Source: Botryllus schlosseri (Eukaryota). Taken from it: DNA of 64,000 nt. The translations under genes and the position numbers were made by a program. Numbering within the stretch: the first letter of the stretch is position 1; each line of letters starts with the position of its first letter. The stretch lies in assembly GCA_051294905.1 (NCBI GenBank), contig CM119372.1, positions 24,554,001-24,618,000 of the forward strand. Direction: 5' to 3'. This document shows, piece after piece, positions 1-12,624 of the stretch. The notes under the pieces are model-generated. The model searched no databases. It was not told the origin of the DNA and was given only the letters and a program-made list of their open reading frames with translations.

Positions 1-3000
1 CCGCTACTTCTCAGCGAAATATTTGTACTGTTCAGGTAGCCGGTTTGTTTCGAATGAACCGCGCGAAGCGCGAAAATATTCTATATTTCATGATTGAATC
101 GGTCAACATGATCGGGAATTGCACATATATTGCTGTAAACTTTTTATCGTGTCTCTGCTCGTGTAATCAGATTTACCGGTAGAGCTGAGTGAGGCGTTTC
201 GGAAAATGATATTACTCATGAGTATTTTTTCTCAGGGGAAGGGTACCCAATAATCAAGAAAGTCGACACCGATAAATCGCGAATTTTTTTTTAAAAATTT
301 GCCTAAATTTCCAAAAAAATACTCTACAATTTATGGTAATTCACGAAATAGTTTTGGATCCCCTTCTAGCTCGCCCCCCCCCCCCAATTATGGGGGTTTG
401 GGGCGCGGCAGTTACGGTCCTGCAGACGTGTGTATGAAGAGCTGTCCTGGGGATTTATACCTGGCATATTCGATATGTGAATTGTGAATAGTGAATACTC
501 AGCATTAAATTCCGAGTTCATTCGTACTAAAATTCAAGCCAATCCGACCAAAATTGTAGAGTTTATGACCATGATAGAATTGCTTATGACAATTTTAACA
601 ATAGGCTACCTCGGACATAAATGTAGGGCATTTAAAAAAATTCCAGTTGGCGATATTAGGGGTTTATACCTGGCATGTTTGGTATCAAACTAGGAAGATG
701 CTACAGATGTGCAAAGCATACCCGTTTTGCCTGTCATACTTGCAACCAACTGGTTTGCCCAAGACACAGAAAATCTCAGAAGAACGAATATTGCTTGCAA
801 TGCTGATCAATATGTTGCAGTGCTATTTCGTTGTTCTTGCGTTTGAAATATACGTGGCGAAACATCGCTTATTGAGGTATCTCTAATATTGGTTTCAAAA
901 CTATAGTCACTGCAGTATAATTTATTAACTTGAAGGCATTTGGTATGCCCCTTATCAACAGGAGTTAACGGCACAATAAGAAGCATATAGAAAAAGATTC
1001 AAACGAAATCCAAATTGGCAAAATTTGACGTAACAATGCAATAATAAAAAGGAACGGTATCTGGCCCAAGTCAGCTGTACCGGTACTCTGGTAGTCATAA
1101 TAAAGTCAGTCAGTATGCTTTTATTCATCTCACCAACAAACACAACATGTAAATTGGTATGGATTGGGAGACGACGGGGGACCGGAAGGTCTTAGATTCA
1201 GTCGCCACCCAGCGGAGTTATAAATGAGTAAATATGGCAAGATGTAAGTCTATCAATACTAACGATTATGGCGGATAACCAATGGTCATAAAAATAACAA
1301 AAGGTAGGGGTAAGAGAGAATCAAATTATACAATACACAGGAGACGTTACACAGACAATTAGCGGTATATATTATTGGAATATTTAAAGATTGTATACAA
1401 ACTCCTTCTCCTTCTTATGGTGCCGTTAATTCTTGACAAGGGAAACCCGAAAAGCCACCAAGGTAATAAATTCTACTGCAATGAATGTAGTTCTGAAAGC
1501 ACTATTCAAGTTGAGTACTGCCAGTCACATATTTGAGATATCTATGCATTTTTATGACAGCTATTAAGGTTACTAACATTTCAAAATAGGTATTTTGCGA
1601 ATCACGCAGCCCAATTCAAAAATCGGAATTTGACGAAACCGGACCAGGACGGGGCTCATTCACTTTCGGACCAAAAAGCTATTTTCTCCGTAAGGCTGCA
1701 ATGACTTTGGTCCGAAAGTGAAATAATAAATTCACCATGAGACTGGCGTCTTTCCATTGAAAAACACGCGAAAATACCAGGTTGACAATCTGTCAACGTG
1801 TGTGCCGATTAAGTTACCTAAAATTCCTGTGCTCGCGGACATGTTTTCAGCCCCCTCCCGCCCAAATAAACAATAATGATTTTTAGCCCACACTATAGGG
1901 TAATCGATGCAACTTCTGAAGGGGGGGGGTGCTTGCTATATGAATCTGGTTTCTATATGCATCTGGTCGTTAAATTATTTGAATGAGTTCTGTCAATAAT
2001 ATTGGTCGTTCCATATATTACTATATAGATACTACTCTCCGCCCACATGATCAGAGTTAGCGGTAGTGCTGGTGGAGGATGATGAGTTCGAAAATACTGG
2101 GAGCGTAATTGCACATCGTTAAGTCATGTTCATGTCCTACCGATAAGATTGTTAATCAGCCTTATGCCGGTGCGCACCACGGAGCTTTATAAACACCCCA
2201 CATCCAGTGGTTTCCAACCTTTTATGGTCGCGACTCCATCTCCAATTTGAAAATGTTCCGTGGCCCAGATCAAAATTTTACGAGCTGATTACTAAAAGAA
2301 GTCAGCACCTTTGCCCAAACTTACCTACAGGCTATTTTGGAAGCCTACGTCAAAATTCCGGACATTTGGCATTTTTTAGAAATTCCTCCCGGACGCTAGT
2401 TTTAACAGTGAAATTCCGGACATGTCCGGGAAATTGCGGACGTATGACAACCCTAATTTAAAGTCACCGATAACACCTTAACTTAACGGAGGCCATTAAG
2501 CTATGAAGGTTGATAAAAATGCGTTGTAGGCATAAATAAGATGCTGATCGACGTTACAATCAATGCATATAAATCCGACACGAGACTGCGGTACTATCAA
2601 AGGTTCTATCGTGTGGATATTGAAATGATCGCCAAGAGGCCCGCCTTAGATCTGGTCCGTTCAATCTGCAGGTTTGCTCGGACCAGGAAGCGTTAAGCTC
2701 CTAACCCCATCTCGCATCCACACACCCGGGCCGAACGAATGACAGCTCCCGATTTCTCGCATCTCAATTCCATATGCAATGAGAGGTGTCGTGTAATCGC
2801 ACAAATTGGTGATATTTTCTCAGTAAATGTGGGACATAATTCCATTATTAGCGTATGGTAATCCCATAAGATATAGTGCTTAACATATTCAACGATTGTG
2901 GGATAAGTTAATTTTATTTGTGCACAAGATAAATCCCCACATTAACGAATTCAAGAAAAAGATACCCAAGACCTGATTCACATTCGAACATATCTTAGCG

Positions 3001-3094
3001 TAATGTTTTGGTTACGAAATCACAGATTAGAGATACGGGAACGCGTATCAAATGTAATGCGCTTCAGTTTGTTCACGACCAAAGTCAATTGCCT

Positions 3095-3469
3095 TCATGC
3101 GTCAATCATATATTGTCTCAGAGAAGCTGAGCTATCATTTACTGACGGCGCGACACAATTTTGAACGCAAAGGCGATTTGATTCTTGCGGGTCGACAGTA
3201 GTCGGATCGTCCGCAGTGTGCGCTGATCGCCCTGGCTGACCGGAGAAAATGGCGGCTTTATTTTGATCAATTTTAGCAATTCGATTAACTCGAGCTTCGC
3301 CTAAATACGTAGGCTCGTTTTTAACAACGCTGATAGGAAACGCGTGCCCAATTTCATCGGCAATACCGGGAAAAGCAGCTTCGTGCTTAACATCTTTAGC
3401 GTGACCGATTTCAGAGTCTAGTTCGGTTTCCTTATCAGCAACTGATTTCTCATTATCATTACTCGCCAT
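3095..3469 (-). CDS. Unassigned 124-aa ORF; possible first coding segment or pseudogene of a host (zinc-finger-like?) gene
   Basis: ATG-initiated, acidic low-complexity ORF outside recognisable repeats, with VKHE/VKNEP motifs. Downstream minus-strand sequence (~2760-2940) reads CGDLSC...YVKHY and LCPTF...ITRHLSLH but is separated by stops. No confident homology. Confidence 0.25.
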   Translation of the reverse strand: MASNDNEKSVADKETELDSEIGHAKDVKHEAAFPGIADEIGHAFPISVVKNEPTYLGEARVNRIAKIDQNKAAIFSGQPGRSAHTADDPTTVDPQESNRLCVQNCVAPSVNDSSASLRQYMIDA

Positions 3470-3904
3470 TTAGACACTTATAAGTGAACACTTGTCTATG
3501 GCAATATTGAATATGTAACGACATTATAACAATAACACTTCCAAAATCACGAACACATACACAATTCAATAGCGTCAGCTGTCATGATAGTTTTCAACAG
3601 AAATTGAGAATTAAATCGTGTTACCGTTTCGTCCGTATATAGAATGTCCTTGTCGTCGATAGCAAAACGTCCGTCTTAGTGTTGAAAATGAATACCCTTT
3701 CGACTGTAACTCGGCGGCGCCATGCAGGAATTAGAGCTTATTGTCTCTGGTGATCTGTATAAAAGTATAGCTAACCAAGCGTCTTGGTGCTCGGCTCTAC
3801 AATACTTATCTCGATATGCTGTTCCTTGGGTGAAGTTCTTCGTAACAGATATCTTCTCAATACAATGGTTTATTCAGAACATTATACAGTAGTAGCGTAT
3901 AGAG

Positions 3905-5584
3905 CAGTGGTCGGGAACCTATGGCTCGCAAGCCATATGTGGCTCTTTTGGGTAAAATGTATGGCTCTTTGCCGAATTTTTATTTTTGTACCTAATTTAT
4001 CAATATTGCAGAAACTGCTTAGTAAATTTTTATCGGGGCAAGAATAATTGTTGTCGTAGCTGTAAAAGCATGACAATAAGACAATAGCGTATTCAGGGAT
4101 AGAGGCTCGGGGCCCCTTTTCGAAATCCTCGAATTCAAGTTGCTTTCGCGCTGGCTACCAATACCACTCGCGAGTTCGATGCACCCGACATCGCGCGCCT
4201 CGAAATTTCGGATCGCGCGATACGTTGATTGATCAGCTGATCAAAGATAATAGCAGACATCGCGACGCCTGTATGACAATGCAGGTAGCAAATACATATT
4301 GTCTTCGTTATCTACGGCGAGAAATGTGCTGCCGTGAAAGTGTCATTCACTGTTCATGTTCTTGATTAGTAGGTAGCTTGGTAGTATTGGCGTTAATATG
4401 TAGGCGTGTTGCGCAACGTTATGTTACCGTCGAATAATTAGAGAATTAAGAAGTCGATCAATATTTAGATTTTCGGAATCAGTGCGACAGTTACATTCGA
4501 TTATTATAAATTATTATAAATTTTAGGCTATTTATGATGAATTATGCTATCATGGGTGAGGCTTGATATGTGGCCCCACTTATGCCTTACATCTCCTTTC
4601 GCGCTTTATTTTCGAACAATAACTATGCAAATTGCGTAATTTTTGGAGCAAAAATATTCCAAATCTAGTCATTCTTAAACATCGGTGAAAAATACCAATA
4701 TTCAGTAAAAGTTTCACAATTTTCGTTCACTCATCCTGATGGCAGGTGATGCACTTCCTCATTTGCGTTCTCTGACCCCGCGTCACTGACGTATCACACC
4801 TTACAGTGGGTATGTAATTCTGTAGTGGCCATGTTTCGCTCCACCTACGCATGTGATCATTGGTCCTCAAATTAAAAGTAGCATCAAGACGAGCCTACGA
4901 TCTCGTATAACTGACGAAAGTGTATTCACAATTTTACTGTTGTCTACATCTGTTGTAGATGGTAATTATCTTAAGTTTAGAGCCACGTCATATGGCTTTC
5001 ACTGTAATACAATTAAAAAGATGTAGGCTAATTTGCAAAAGATCCATGCAACTCAAGTTTCGCATGTTGAAATAAGGCAACCAACATGAGTAGGCTAGTC
5101 AAAGTTTTTACAGAGAAAATCTGACGCCCACTACGAATACCATGTAGTGAGTTCGATGCTGTGGTGACGTCACAAATTTTTCTATTGTGACGTAGCAGTG
5201 GATTGACATGTATGGCTCTTTGGGGGTTAAAATGGAAAATATAGGGTCAATTGATGAAAAACTCAGAATCTAATCCGATCTACCTGCGGCTTGAGATTCT
5301 TATTCAAACACCAGTCCAACACACAGCAGAGTATTTTACAGCGTGCCTGTTCAATACAGCGAGCGACGTTTCGAAACTTTCTTCAAACCTTATGCCACGA
5401 GGTAAGCACACTGGCCAGATATTATACGCGGCATTATGACGACACAAGAACACAACTACCTAACACTTCAAACACTAGTATAGCAGACATTATTTACGAC
5501 AGTCTGACAATGTCTCAAGCATTATAAAATTATCATTTTCAACACCAACATGGCTCTTCGGGCGAAAAAGGTTCCCGACCGCTG
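3905..5584. mobile_element. Non-autonomous hAT-type (Charlie-like) DNA transposon
   Basis: TIRs CAGTGGTCGGGAACC...GGTTCCCGACCGCTG; perfect 8-bp TSD GTATAGAG (3897-3904, 5585-5592). Homologous in reverse orientation to the split copy at 43407-57306. Confidence 0.85.
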
Positions 5585-5767
5585 GTATAGAGTCTCATAA
5601 TCAAAGTATCCTCTATCACGTGTTACATACACTTTTATACGAGTCCATAGCTCAGTGGTCTCGAGTTATCACAAGAAGTAGTTTCTTATGGGAGACATAG
5701 CAGAATATCATGGACGAGTGAACACAGCGGAATAGCTGCAATATATATACAATGATTGGAGACTTCA

Positions 5768-6027
5768 GCGAGATAGTGTAATGGTTATGCGTCCGGCTTC
5801 TCGAGCGGTAGGTCGTGGGTTCGATCCCCGGCCGGGTCATACCAAAGACTCGAAAAATGGTATCCGCAGCTATCCTGCTAGGCGCTCAGCAATCACGGAT
5901 AGCATGGAGGAGAAAAAAAACGGGGGCGCAGACTAGATGACCTCATGGGGCCGTATCGCAACTCCGTCGCCAAAGCATCTCGATGGTGCAGGCGAGAAAG
6001 AATATCATCTCTCTCTCTCTCTCTCTC
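5768..6027 (+). mobile_element. tRNA-derived SINE, family A
   Basis: Pol III box A (TAGTGTAATGG) and box B (GGTTCGATCCC), body GGTCATACCAAAGACTCGAAAAATGGTA...GGCGCTCAGCA, (CT)n tail. Near-identical copy at 9286-9540; 3' fragments at ~11370-11478 and ~62245-62333 (-). Confidence 0.85.
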
Positions 6028-6887
6028 AGTGAGCCATGGAAAACTGAATGGGATAGAACGGTAACTGCGTGGCCTGTCAATCATTTACGGTTGAATAACA
6101 ATCAGTGGAGCCAGAATGTTTCGATTGTTTGCTGTTATTTTCCGGCTTACGTAACAGCGTACAACGGGTCAAGTAAGTGCTATTATCATTATCGTAAGTA
6201 ACTTGTCTTGTCTAAATTACTTTGAATGTAATTATTGACAGTATCTGGCACGTGCGTGTGTTATGTAGTGAATGACTTGTAAACTCCTTGACACAGTAAT
6301 GTCCCAACACTGCAAACTCAGGCCTCTCGCGCTTTCCCTTCACTCAGTTTTTCTTTCACATTATTAGGTGATTGCCAAAACAAAAGGTCAACTTTCCGGC
6401 CCAGCTCTCGAAATAGCCGCTGGAGCGTTACTGCAATGCTGACTGATTAGGCTATGTCTCAGTCAAATTTGGCCCTATATTTAACCTAAATTCTCAAAAA
6501 AGAGGACATTTGGGCGTCCTCCAAGGACACTTTCAAAAAAGTCAAAAAAGAGGGCAAATCCTCTTAAAAGAGGACGTATGGTAACCCTACAATACAGGAT
6601 GTTTGGTGGTGATGCTGGCATGAAGACGATATCTTTTCGAATGGACAGCATCTGTTGCAACCTGTGCTAATGTTGACCATCATTACTATAAACGTTGAAG
6701 GCTACTTTGGGTAAGTTTGATCTTTGTAGATGTCTGAGATTATGGGATGGTATTTATCCAAGTTTGGATCAGTCTGTGCTGATTTGTTATGAGGGTTTCT
6801 TGTGACCTGTATACAGGCCAAACGGCAGACTAGTTGTTTACCTAGATTTATTAGACCGAAAAGCAGGTCATCTAATTCTGTCTAATC

Positions 6888-7242
6888 CAGTGGTTCCCAA
6901 CGTGGGCGATATCGCTCCCCAGGGGGCGATTTGGCGGTCTAGGGGGGCGAAAATGACGAAGGGGGCGAAAATGGACAAAGGGGGCGACGGGGGGCGATAA
7001 TATCGAAGGGGGCGATGGCGCGTCAAAACAGCTGACCTTCTTTTATTGTTTTTTTTTAGTCAACCCCCGGAAACAAAAGTGTTAAATTAGGCTTCGAGCC
7101 GTTAAGTTGACCTTTTTTTTTAGTCAACCCGCCGGTGATTATAGTTTGTATGCCCAATTTTCGGTACACAAAATTTGGGGGGCGATGATCGGTGTTGAGC
7201 TTGAAAAGGGGGCGATGGGTCGAAAAAGGTTGGGAACCACTG
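6888..7242. mobile_element. hAT-type MITE with GGGGGCGA repeats
   Basis: TIR CAGTGGTTCCCAAC/GTTGGGAACCACTG; perfect 8-bp TSD GTCTAATC. Confidence 0.9.
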
Positions 7243-7459
7243 GTCTAATCTAACTGATTTTGAAATACTGTATACTGTGTAGCTATAATTCTGATGCGGT
7301 TTGAAAAAAAACTGTGTACTCCTAATTCAAATTCTAGTCTAATTTGAAAAAAGTGTATCGCTCTAATTCTGATATTATTTTGAAAAGCTGAAAATTTTCC
7401 TAGTTGTTCTAATCTGATACAGTGGTGGTGTTAACATTTGTGTTACTCATGCCAAGAAA

Positions 7460-7952
7460 CAGGGTTGTAACCCAGTTACGAGGTTCCGAGTCACAAGTCA
7501 ATCTCACTTTTATAGTTTTGACTTGATTCATTTTAAATTCACCACCGAGTCAAATCCAGGTCACGGAGTGGAGTGTCGAGTGCGGGTCATAGTGCTTTGA
7601 CTCGATTCCGAGTCATTGTGTTGACTGTTCGGGTCCCAGTTAATGTCACGCGAAACCCAACTCCGCCCGGTGATATTGAATGCTTCGCATTCATAATATA
7701 CTAATTTTCCTCACTTTCGACAGTTTCTGGTAGCATTTTCAAGTACCAGTACTGATAGACGAAATAATAATAGCATGATAACTTAGGCATTTCACATCTT
7801 AGCAGACCCAACTTCGAGTCATATGACTTGGTCCGAGTCATGTGCAATGACTCGAGTACAATAAGTCGAGTCATTTTTCGTTTTTAGGAAAATTACTCGA
7901 GTCAAGTCGAGTCTTCAAAAAGTGGCGACTCGAGTCTGACATTATAACCCCG
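7460..7952. mobile_element. hAT-type MITE, GACTCGAGTC subterminal-repeat family
   Basis: Starts CAGGGTTGTAA, ends TTATAACCCCG; 7/8 TSD CCAAGAAA/CCAAGAAC; same ends and motifs as 46961-48815. Confidence 0.75.
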
Positions 7953-9285
7953 CCAAGAACTAATGGAGGTTCACCTAAACAGACTGAAACCATTCCACCC
8001 AGGCCGACATTATCTCATCACTTACTCTTGTCCCTACCTTGTTTGTGATCATCAGGATTTTATTTTTCGGATGTAGATGAAAATGTTCAATATCGACAAG
8101 TCATAACAGAACGCCACAGACCGTGCACTGATTTACGAGGATATTACTATGTCTGATGTTGAAAAACCTGAAACTGTCACTGACACCCAACCTATTTGCT
8201 GGATATGAATGGTCATGGCTATCTTTCATGTTTACTGTGTTTAGACTTTGGTATCTGCGTCTTCATCTCTCCAGCTGTGCCCCGGATAGCTTTGCAGAAC
8301 TGGCAGGCATCTAGCAAGTTGTTGATTAATTGACAAGATTCCTTTTAATTCGTCAATATGCAATCCTGCACAATGCACATGAATATTGAGAGTAGTGTGT
8401 TTATTGAATAGATGAGAAATGAGAGGCTTACAAACATGTAAATAGCGGTCAATAATAGCTCGGATTTTAGTGTTCATATGACCACGGTATTCTATCCTCC
8501 TTTTGTGGTAGTGTTTGATGATATAAGCATCGTCATTGATCCATCGTAGCCTTCTATGTAATAACGTTCCTTAATGACCGTGCGATAACTGATAACAATC
8601 ATTAGATGCGCAGGAAGACAGTCAATAGGGCAGATAGAATGTGTTAATCTGAAAAAATTATAAGAGAATATTAGAGACTATAAAGTGTCGAGAGTATAAT
8701 AAAAATCAATATGACGTTCAATGAGAACTAAGTGCCGGTAGTGCTATGCAGATGCGCTAACAGTATAATACACACATGCAGGCTCGGCGCAGTCGAATAA
8801 TAACTTATACATCGTTATCTGTATTTCTATCTATTTAACTTAGGCTACTTCGATTGGATATAGATGGAAATCGCTTAAAAAGACTTGATTGATTTTTGAC
8901 GAGCACATACACTGCGCACATATATAGTCGCCAGCTTCACTGGCCTTTTTTAGTAACCGGAACGCCAAATTGAGAGGTGGGGTCGCGACCATAAAAAGTT
9001 TGGGAACCCCTGATCTAGATGCTAGCGACATAATTAAACACTATCCTGTATTGATGGATCAAAAGTGATCGGAGTTGGCATAAGCTGGTCGGATATTCTA
9101 TATACATACCAATTACTATCCAATTTATGATGCAATTCAAACATGTAGCATTGCAGCCTATAAATACTACACATCGTACAGCACTATAGCATATTAGAAA
9201 CTACAAAGGACACTGACGTCGATGTTCAACTTGATAGCGATGTACAGTACAGTCATTATAACTACATGTAAATTAATTTAGACTA

Positions 9286-9540
9286 GCGAGATAGTGTAAT
9301 GGTTATGCGCCCGGCTTCTCGAGCGGTAGGTCGTGGGTTCGATTCCCGGCCGGGTCATACCAAAGACTCGGAAAATGGTATCCGCAGCTATCCTGCTAGG
9401 CGCTCAGCAATCACGGAGGAGAAAAAAACGGGGGCGCGGACTAGATGACCTCATGGGGCCGTATCGCAACTCCGTCGTCAAAGCATCTCGAAGGTGCAGG
9501 CGAAAAAGAATATCATATCTCTCTCTCTCTCTCTCTCTCT
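9286..9540 (+). mobile_element. tRNA-derived SINE, family A
   Basis: Near-identical to 5768-6027, with box A, box B and (CT)n tail. Confidence 0.85.
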
Positions 9541-10104
9541 AGTCACGATAACGATAATAATGACACTTACTTAACCTGATGTGACGTAAGCCTTAGCCGA
9601 GCACGTCCGCATTCAAGTTGAAATACAAGCAATTTCTTCTAAATGAATACTAGCCATCCTTCAGGATTACCGGACCACGACCTAACATCGACCCTCGCCC
9701 TCTGCCTCATTTTGTCGCTTGCGTCTAATACTCGCTGCATTACTTTTCATTCAGTGTGCATGCCTCTTCTTTACTTCACCCAGGCTAAGGTGGGTGTCTG
9801 ATCTTAAAGGCTACTCCAAGTTGTTTCGACACCTTCCTATCTTTGCATTGTATCGCAGTCTTGTGATGTTTTGAAATGATGAAAATATTAATAAAACTGA
9901 CTGATTGATTGATTTACACTGCTGTAAACGTCTCTGATGTAAGTATATAATATTATAAATAACTGACCTACCGTAGGTTAGTTATCCATGATAATATGTA
10001 GCGGCCCAGATGAAGCGTTCACAACAATACAACAATGCGATAACCAGAGCGTTACAAATATATGTTAAAAGATATAATCCAATCTTAATCAAAGATCCAA
10101 TGGT

Positions 10105-10842
10105 CATTATATATATATATATAGGTCCAGCTCTGTCTGCGTTCAGACTTAGAGCACCATCACCGAGGTGATGGAAGTATCCATCAAAAAAGAGAGCATC
10201 AAAGATTTAAGTTATAAATTAAATTTCCCTTGAAAGTGCTGCTTTTGAGAATGTCCTGATGTCGGTGTCGTTCCGATTGAGGACATTGCTCATCAGCGTT
10301 GCGGAGGGTCTTCCTTTTTTCGTTCTCCTTTCATCTTCAAACGTTATTGACTTCACGACACTGTCATTAGGTTTTCGAATTATGTGTGCAAGAAATTTAG
10401 CTTGTTGGTGATCAATGAATACTGAAAGGTCTTCAGTGCGACAGATTCTATGAAGATTCTGATTGCTAATTTTGAATGCGTGATCGGTTCCCCTTCGAGT
10501 GTAGCCTCCGTGTACCATTTTTCGCAAAAATTGTCTGTAGCAAACTTCCAGGACGCTTCTTTGATTTTCCGAAAGAGACCAGCATACACTGCAGCCATAT
10601 GTGAGTCGACTTCGCACAAAGGCATTCAAAAATTTTATTCTTGTACCAATCCAAATTCTGAAGTTTCGAAGCAGGTATTTATAGGTTTGGAAAGCTGCAT
10701 GAGCCGAGCTGACCCTATTATTGATTTCGGATATCCCCACATTCGTTTCGTTATAGTGAATCATGCAACCAAGGTATTTGAAAGTTTTCACGTTTTCAAT
10801 ATCATGATTATGTAGAGAGCAGATTGAAGTCGGGTAAGTCAT
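10105..10842 (-). mobile_element. 5'-truncated non-LTR retrotransposon (RTE-like), C-terminal RT region plus 3' end
   Basis: ORF 10219-10842 has IENVKTFKYLG, EINNRVSSAHAAF, FVRSRLTYGC.W and KKGRPS motifs typical of the post-RT region of RTE-clade LINEs. Followed by a short 3' UTR and a (TA)n tail. Confidence 0.75.
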
Positions 10843-10956
10843 TACGATCGTTTAACGTCGCGATTATATTACTTTGAATACCTTTCACATCCGTGGTCCC
10901 GTTGCTGATTTCAATGATTCTATTTATTGAAGGTCTGCTCTCTGCTGGCTGTCTAG

Positions 10957-11571
10957 CAGAGATCAAAGTCACTCAACCATTGGCAGAGATGAGCATGGAT
11001 TAGGATTAGGATTTGAAAAAACAGGATTTGTGTCATTTTGTCGGATTTGGATTGGATTAGAATTAGAGATTTTTTTCTGAACGGATTAGGATTTGGATTG
11101 GATTGACCGATTTTCTGTGAGATTGATATGTCGTGTGGCGAATGGCGACAAATTTATTCAGATCAGTTATTGATGTACTTATAGTACACTACACTATGGT
11201 TCACTCGGTGCAAATGAAGATGAGAGGTGCAGCCCTATGCTAAGTTATCTTAAATCAAGAGAATCGTTGGTTGTGAAAGAAAAATTTCCAATTTCCCCCT
11301 TACATGAATTAGCATTTTTTTACTGAATTTCAAGTAAGAATAGGATTAGGATTGGATATGGATTTGAATAAAAAACGGGGGCGCAGACTAGATGACTTCA
11401 TGGGGCCGTATCGCAACTCCGTCGCCAAAGCATCTCGATGGTGCAGGCGAAAAAGAATATCATATCTCTCTCTCTCTATACGAAAGTTCTGGATTAGGAT
11501 TTGGATTAGGATCAGAGGTTTCGGATTTGGATTGGATTAGGATATAGAAATTCCAAATCCGCTCATCTCTG
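10957..11571. mobile_element. hAT-type MITE with GGATTA/GGATTT subterminal repeats, containing a SINE-A 3' fragment
   Basis: CAGAGAT...ATCTCTG ends; 8-bp flanking duplication CTGTCTAG (10949-10956, 11572-11579). Confidence 0.7.
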
Positions 11572-11706
11572 CTGTCTAGTGATGTTTTATTGCTTCACTT
11601 TTCGTAGCGTGTGTAGCGTTGATTTCCTAGCTTGATATCGTTGTTGAGTTATTGGTGGGGTACGGCGGATATACCAAAGAATACCGCCACCGTCTAGAGT
11701 TGTTAT

Positions 11707-12624
11707 ATGGCAACGTCAAAGAATGCAAGGCAGTTGCTGGCTGGAGGCATACCTGGATGTGTGGCAAAGACCGCCATCGCGCCCTTAGATCGGGTAAAGA
11801 TTCTACTCCAGGCACAGCACCCATACTACAAACAATACGGTGTGTTTTCAGCGTTGGTGCAAATTGTGAAACGAGAAGGAATACGTTCGTTATGGAAGGG
11901 AAATAGTATGATGATGCTGAGAATCTTCCCCTATTCTTCGACTCAGTTTTTTGCTCACGAGTTTTTCAAAAAATTCTACAACGATAAGTTTGGACGACGT
12001 CTTTTCAATAATTTGTTGTCAGGATCAAGTGCGGGCGTGACTGCTGTATTATTCACTTACCCATTGGACATGGTGAGATCAAGATTAGCTTTCCAGATCA
12101 CGGGAGAGCATCGATATACTGGTATAAGCCATGCTTTCAAGAGTATTTATTCCACTGAAGGAGTAAGAGGATTTTACCGTGGCATTGCACCTACTCTGAT
12201 GGGAATGGTGCCGTATGCAGGACTTTCTTTCTATTCGTTTGAAAGTTTGAAGCAAACAGGTCTGGAGCTTTTTCCTGCGTATTTAGGAAAACAAGATCCG
12301 TACAACGACAACGTCCTTGTTCTACAGCACTGGGCTGCCATGGTAATAGGAGGCTTTGCGGGTGCTATTAGTCAGACGGTATCTTTTCCCTGTGATGTTG
12401 CAAGACGGAGAATGCAATTAGCTGCTGTTTTGCCTAATCCTGAACAATACAGAGGTATATGGTCGACTTGGAAAGCAGTCTATCAAGCCGACGGCATAAG
12501 GAGAGGACTGTATCGTGGGTTGAGTATTAATTATATTCGAGTAATACCTCAACAAGCAATTGCCTTCACTGTTTACGAATATATGAAAACAATATTGAGG
12601 TTAAATGACAGAAGGAAAGAATAA
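11707..12624 (+). CDS. SLC25A16: Mitochondrial solute carrier, Graves disease carrier protein / putative CoA transporter (305 aa, single coding exon)
   Basis: Three carrier signatures (APLDRVK, YPLDMVR, FPCDVAR). Subfamily-typical segments recalled from human SLC25A16: RLAFQITGEHRYTGISHAFK, GMVPYAGLSF, NVLVL, RRRMQL, GLYRGLSINYIRVIPQQA. Likely acceptor TTTCCTAG at ~11630; ATTAAA/AATAAA at ~13016/13033. Confidence 0.95.
   Translation: MATSKNARQLLAGGIPGCVAKTAIAPLDRVKILLQAQHPYYKQYGVFSALVQIVKREGIRSLWKGNSMMMLRIFPYSSTQFFAHEFFKKFYNDKFGRRLFNNLLSGSSAGVTAVLFTYPLDMVRSRLAFQITGEHRYTGISHAFKSIYSTEGVRGFYRGIAPTLMGMVPYAGLSFYSFESLKQTGLELFPAYLGKQDPYNDNVLVLQHWAAMVIGGFAGAISQTVSFPCDVARRRMQLAAVLPNPEQYRGIWSTWKAVYQADGIRRGLYRGLSINYIRVIPQQAIAFTVYEYMKTILRLNDRRKE

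Noticed and set aside
5768..5840. tRNA genes at SINE heads (also 9286, 15069, 49040)
   Set aside because: Box A and box B are present, but there is no complete cloverleaf, and each continues into a shared repeat body with a tail or TSD.
10380..10815. Overlapping and antisense ORFs on the RTE, Penelope and SLC25A16 coding regions
   Set aside because: Shadow frames of real coding sequence.
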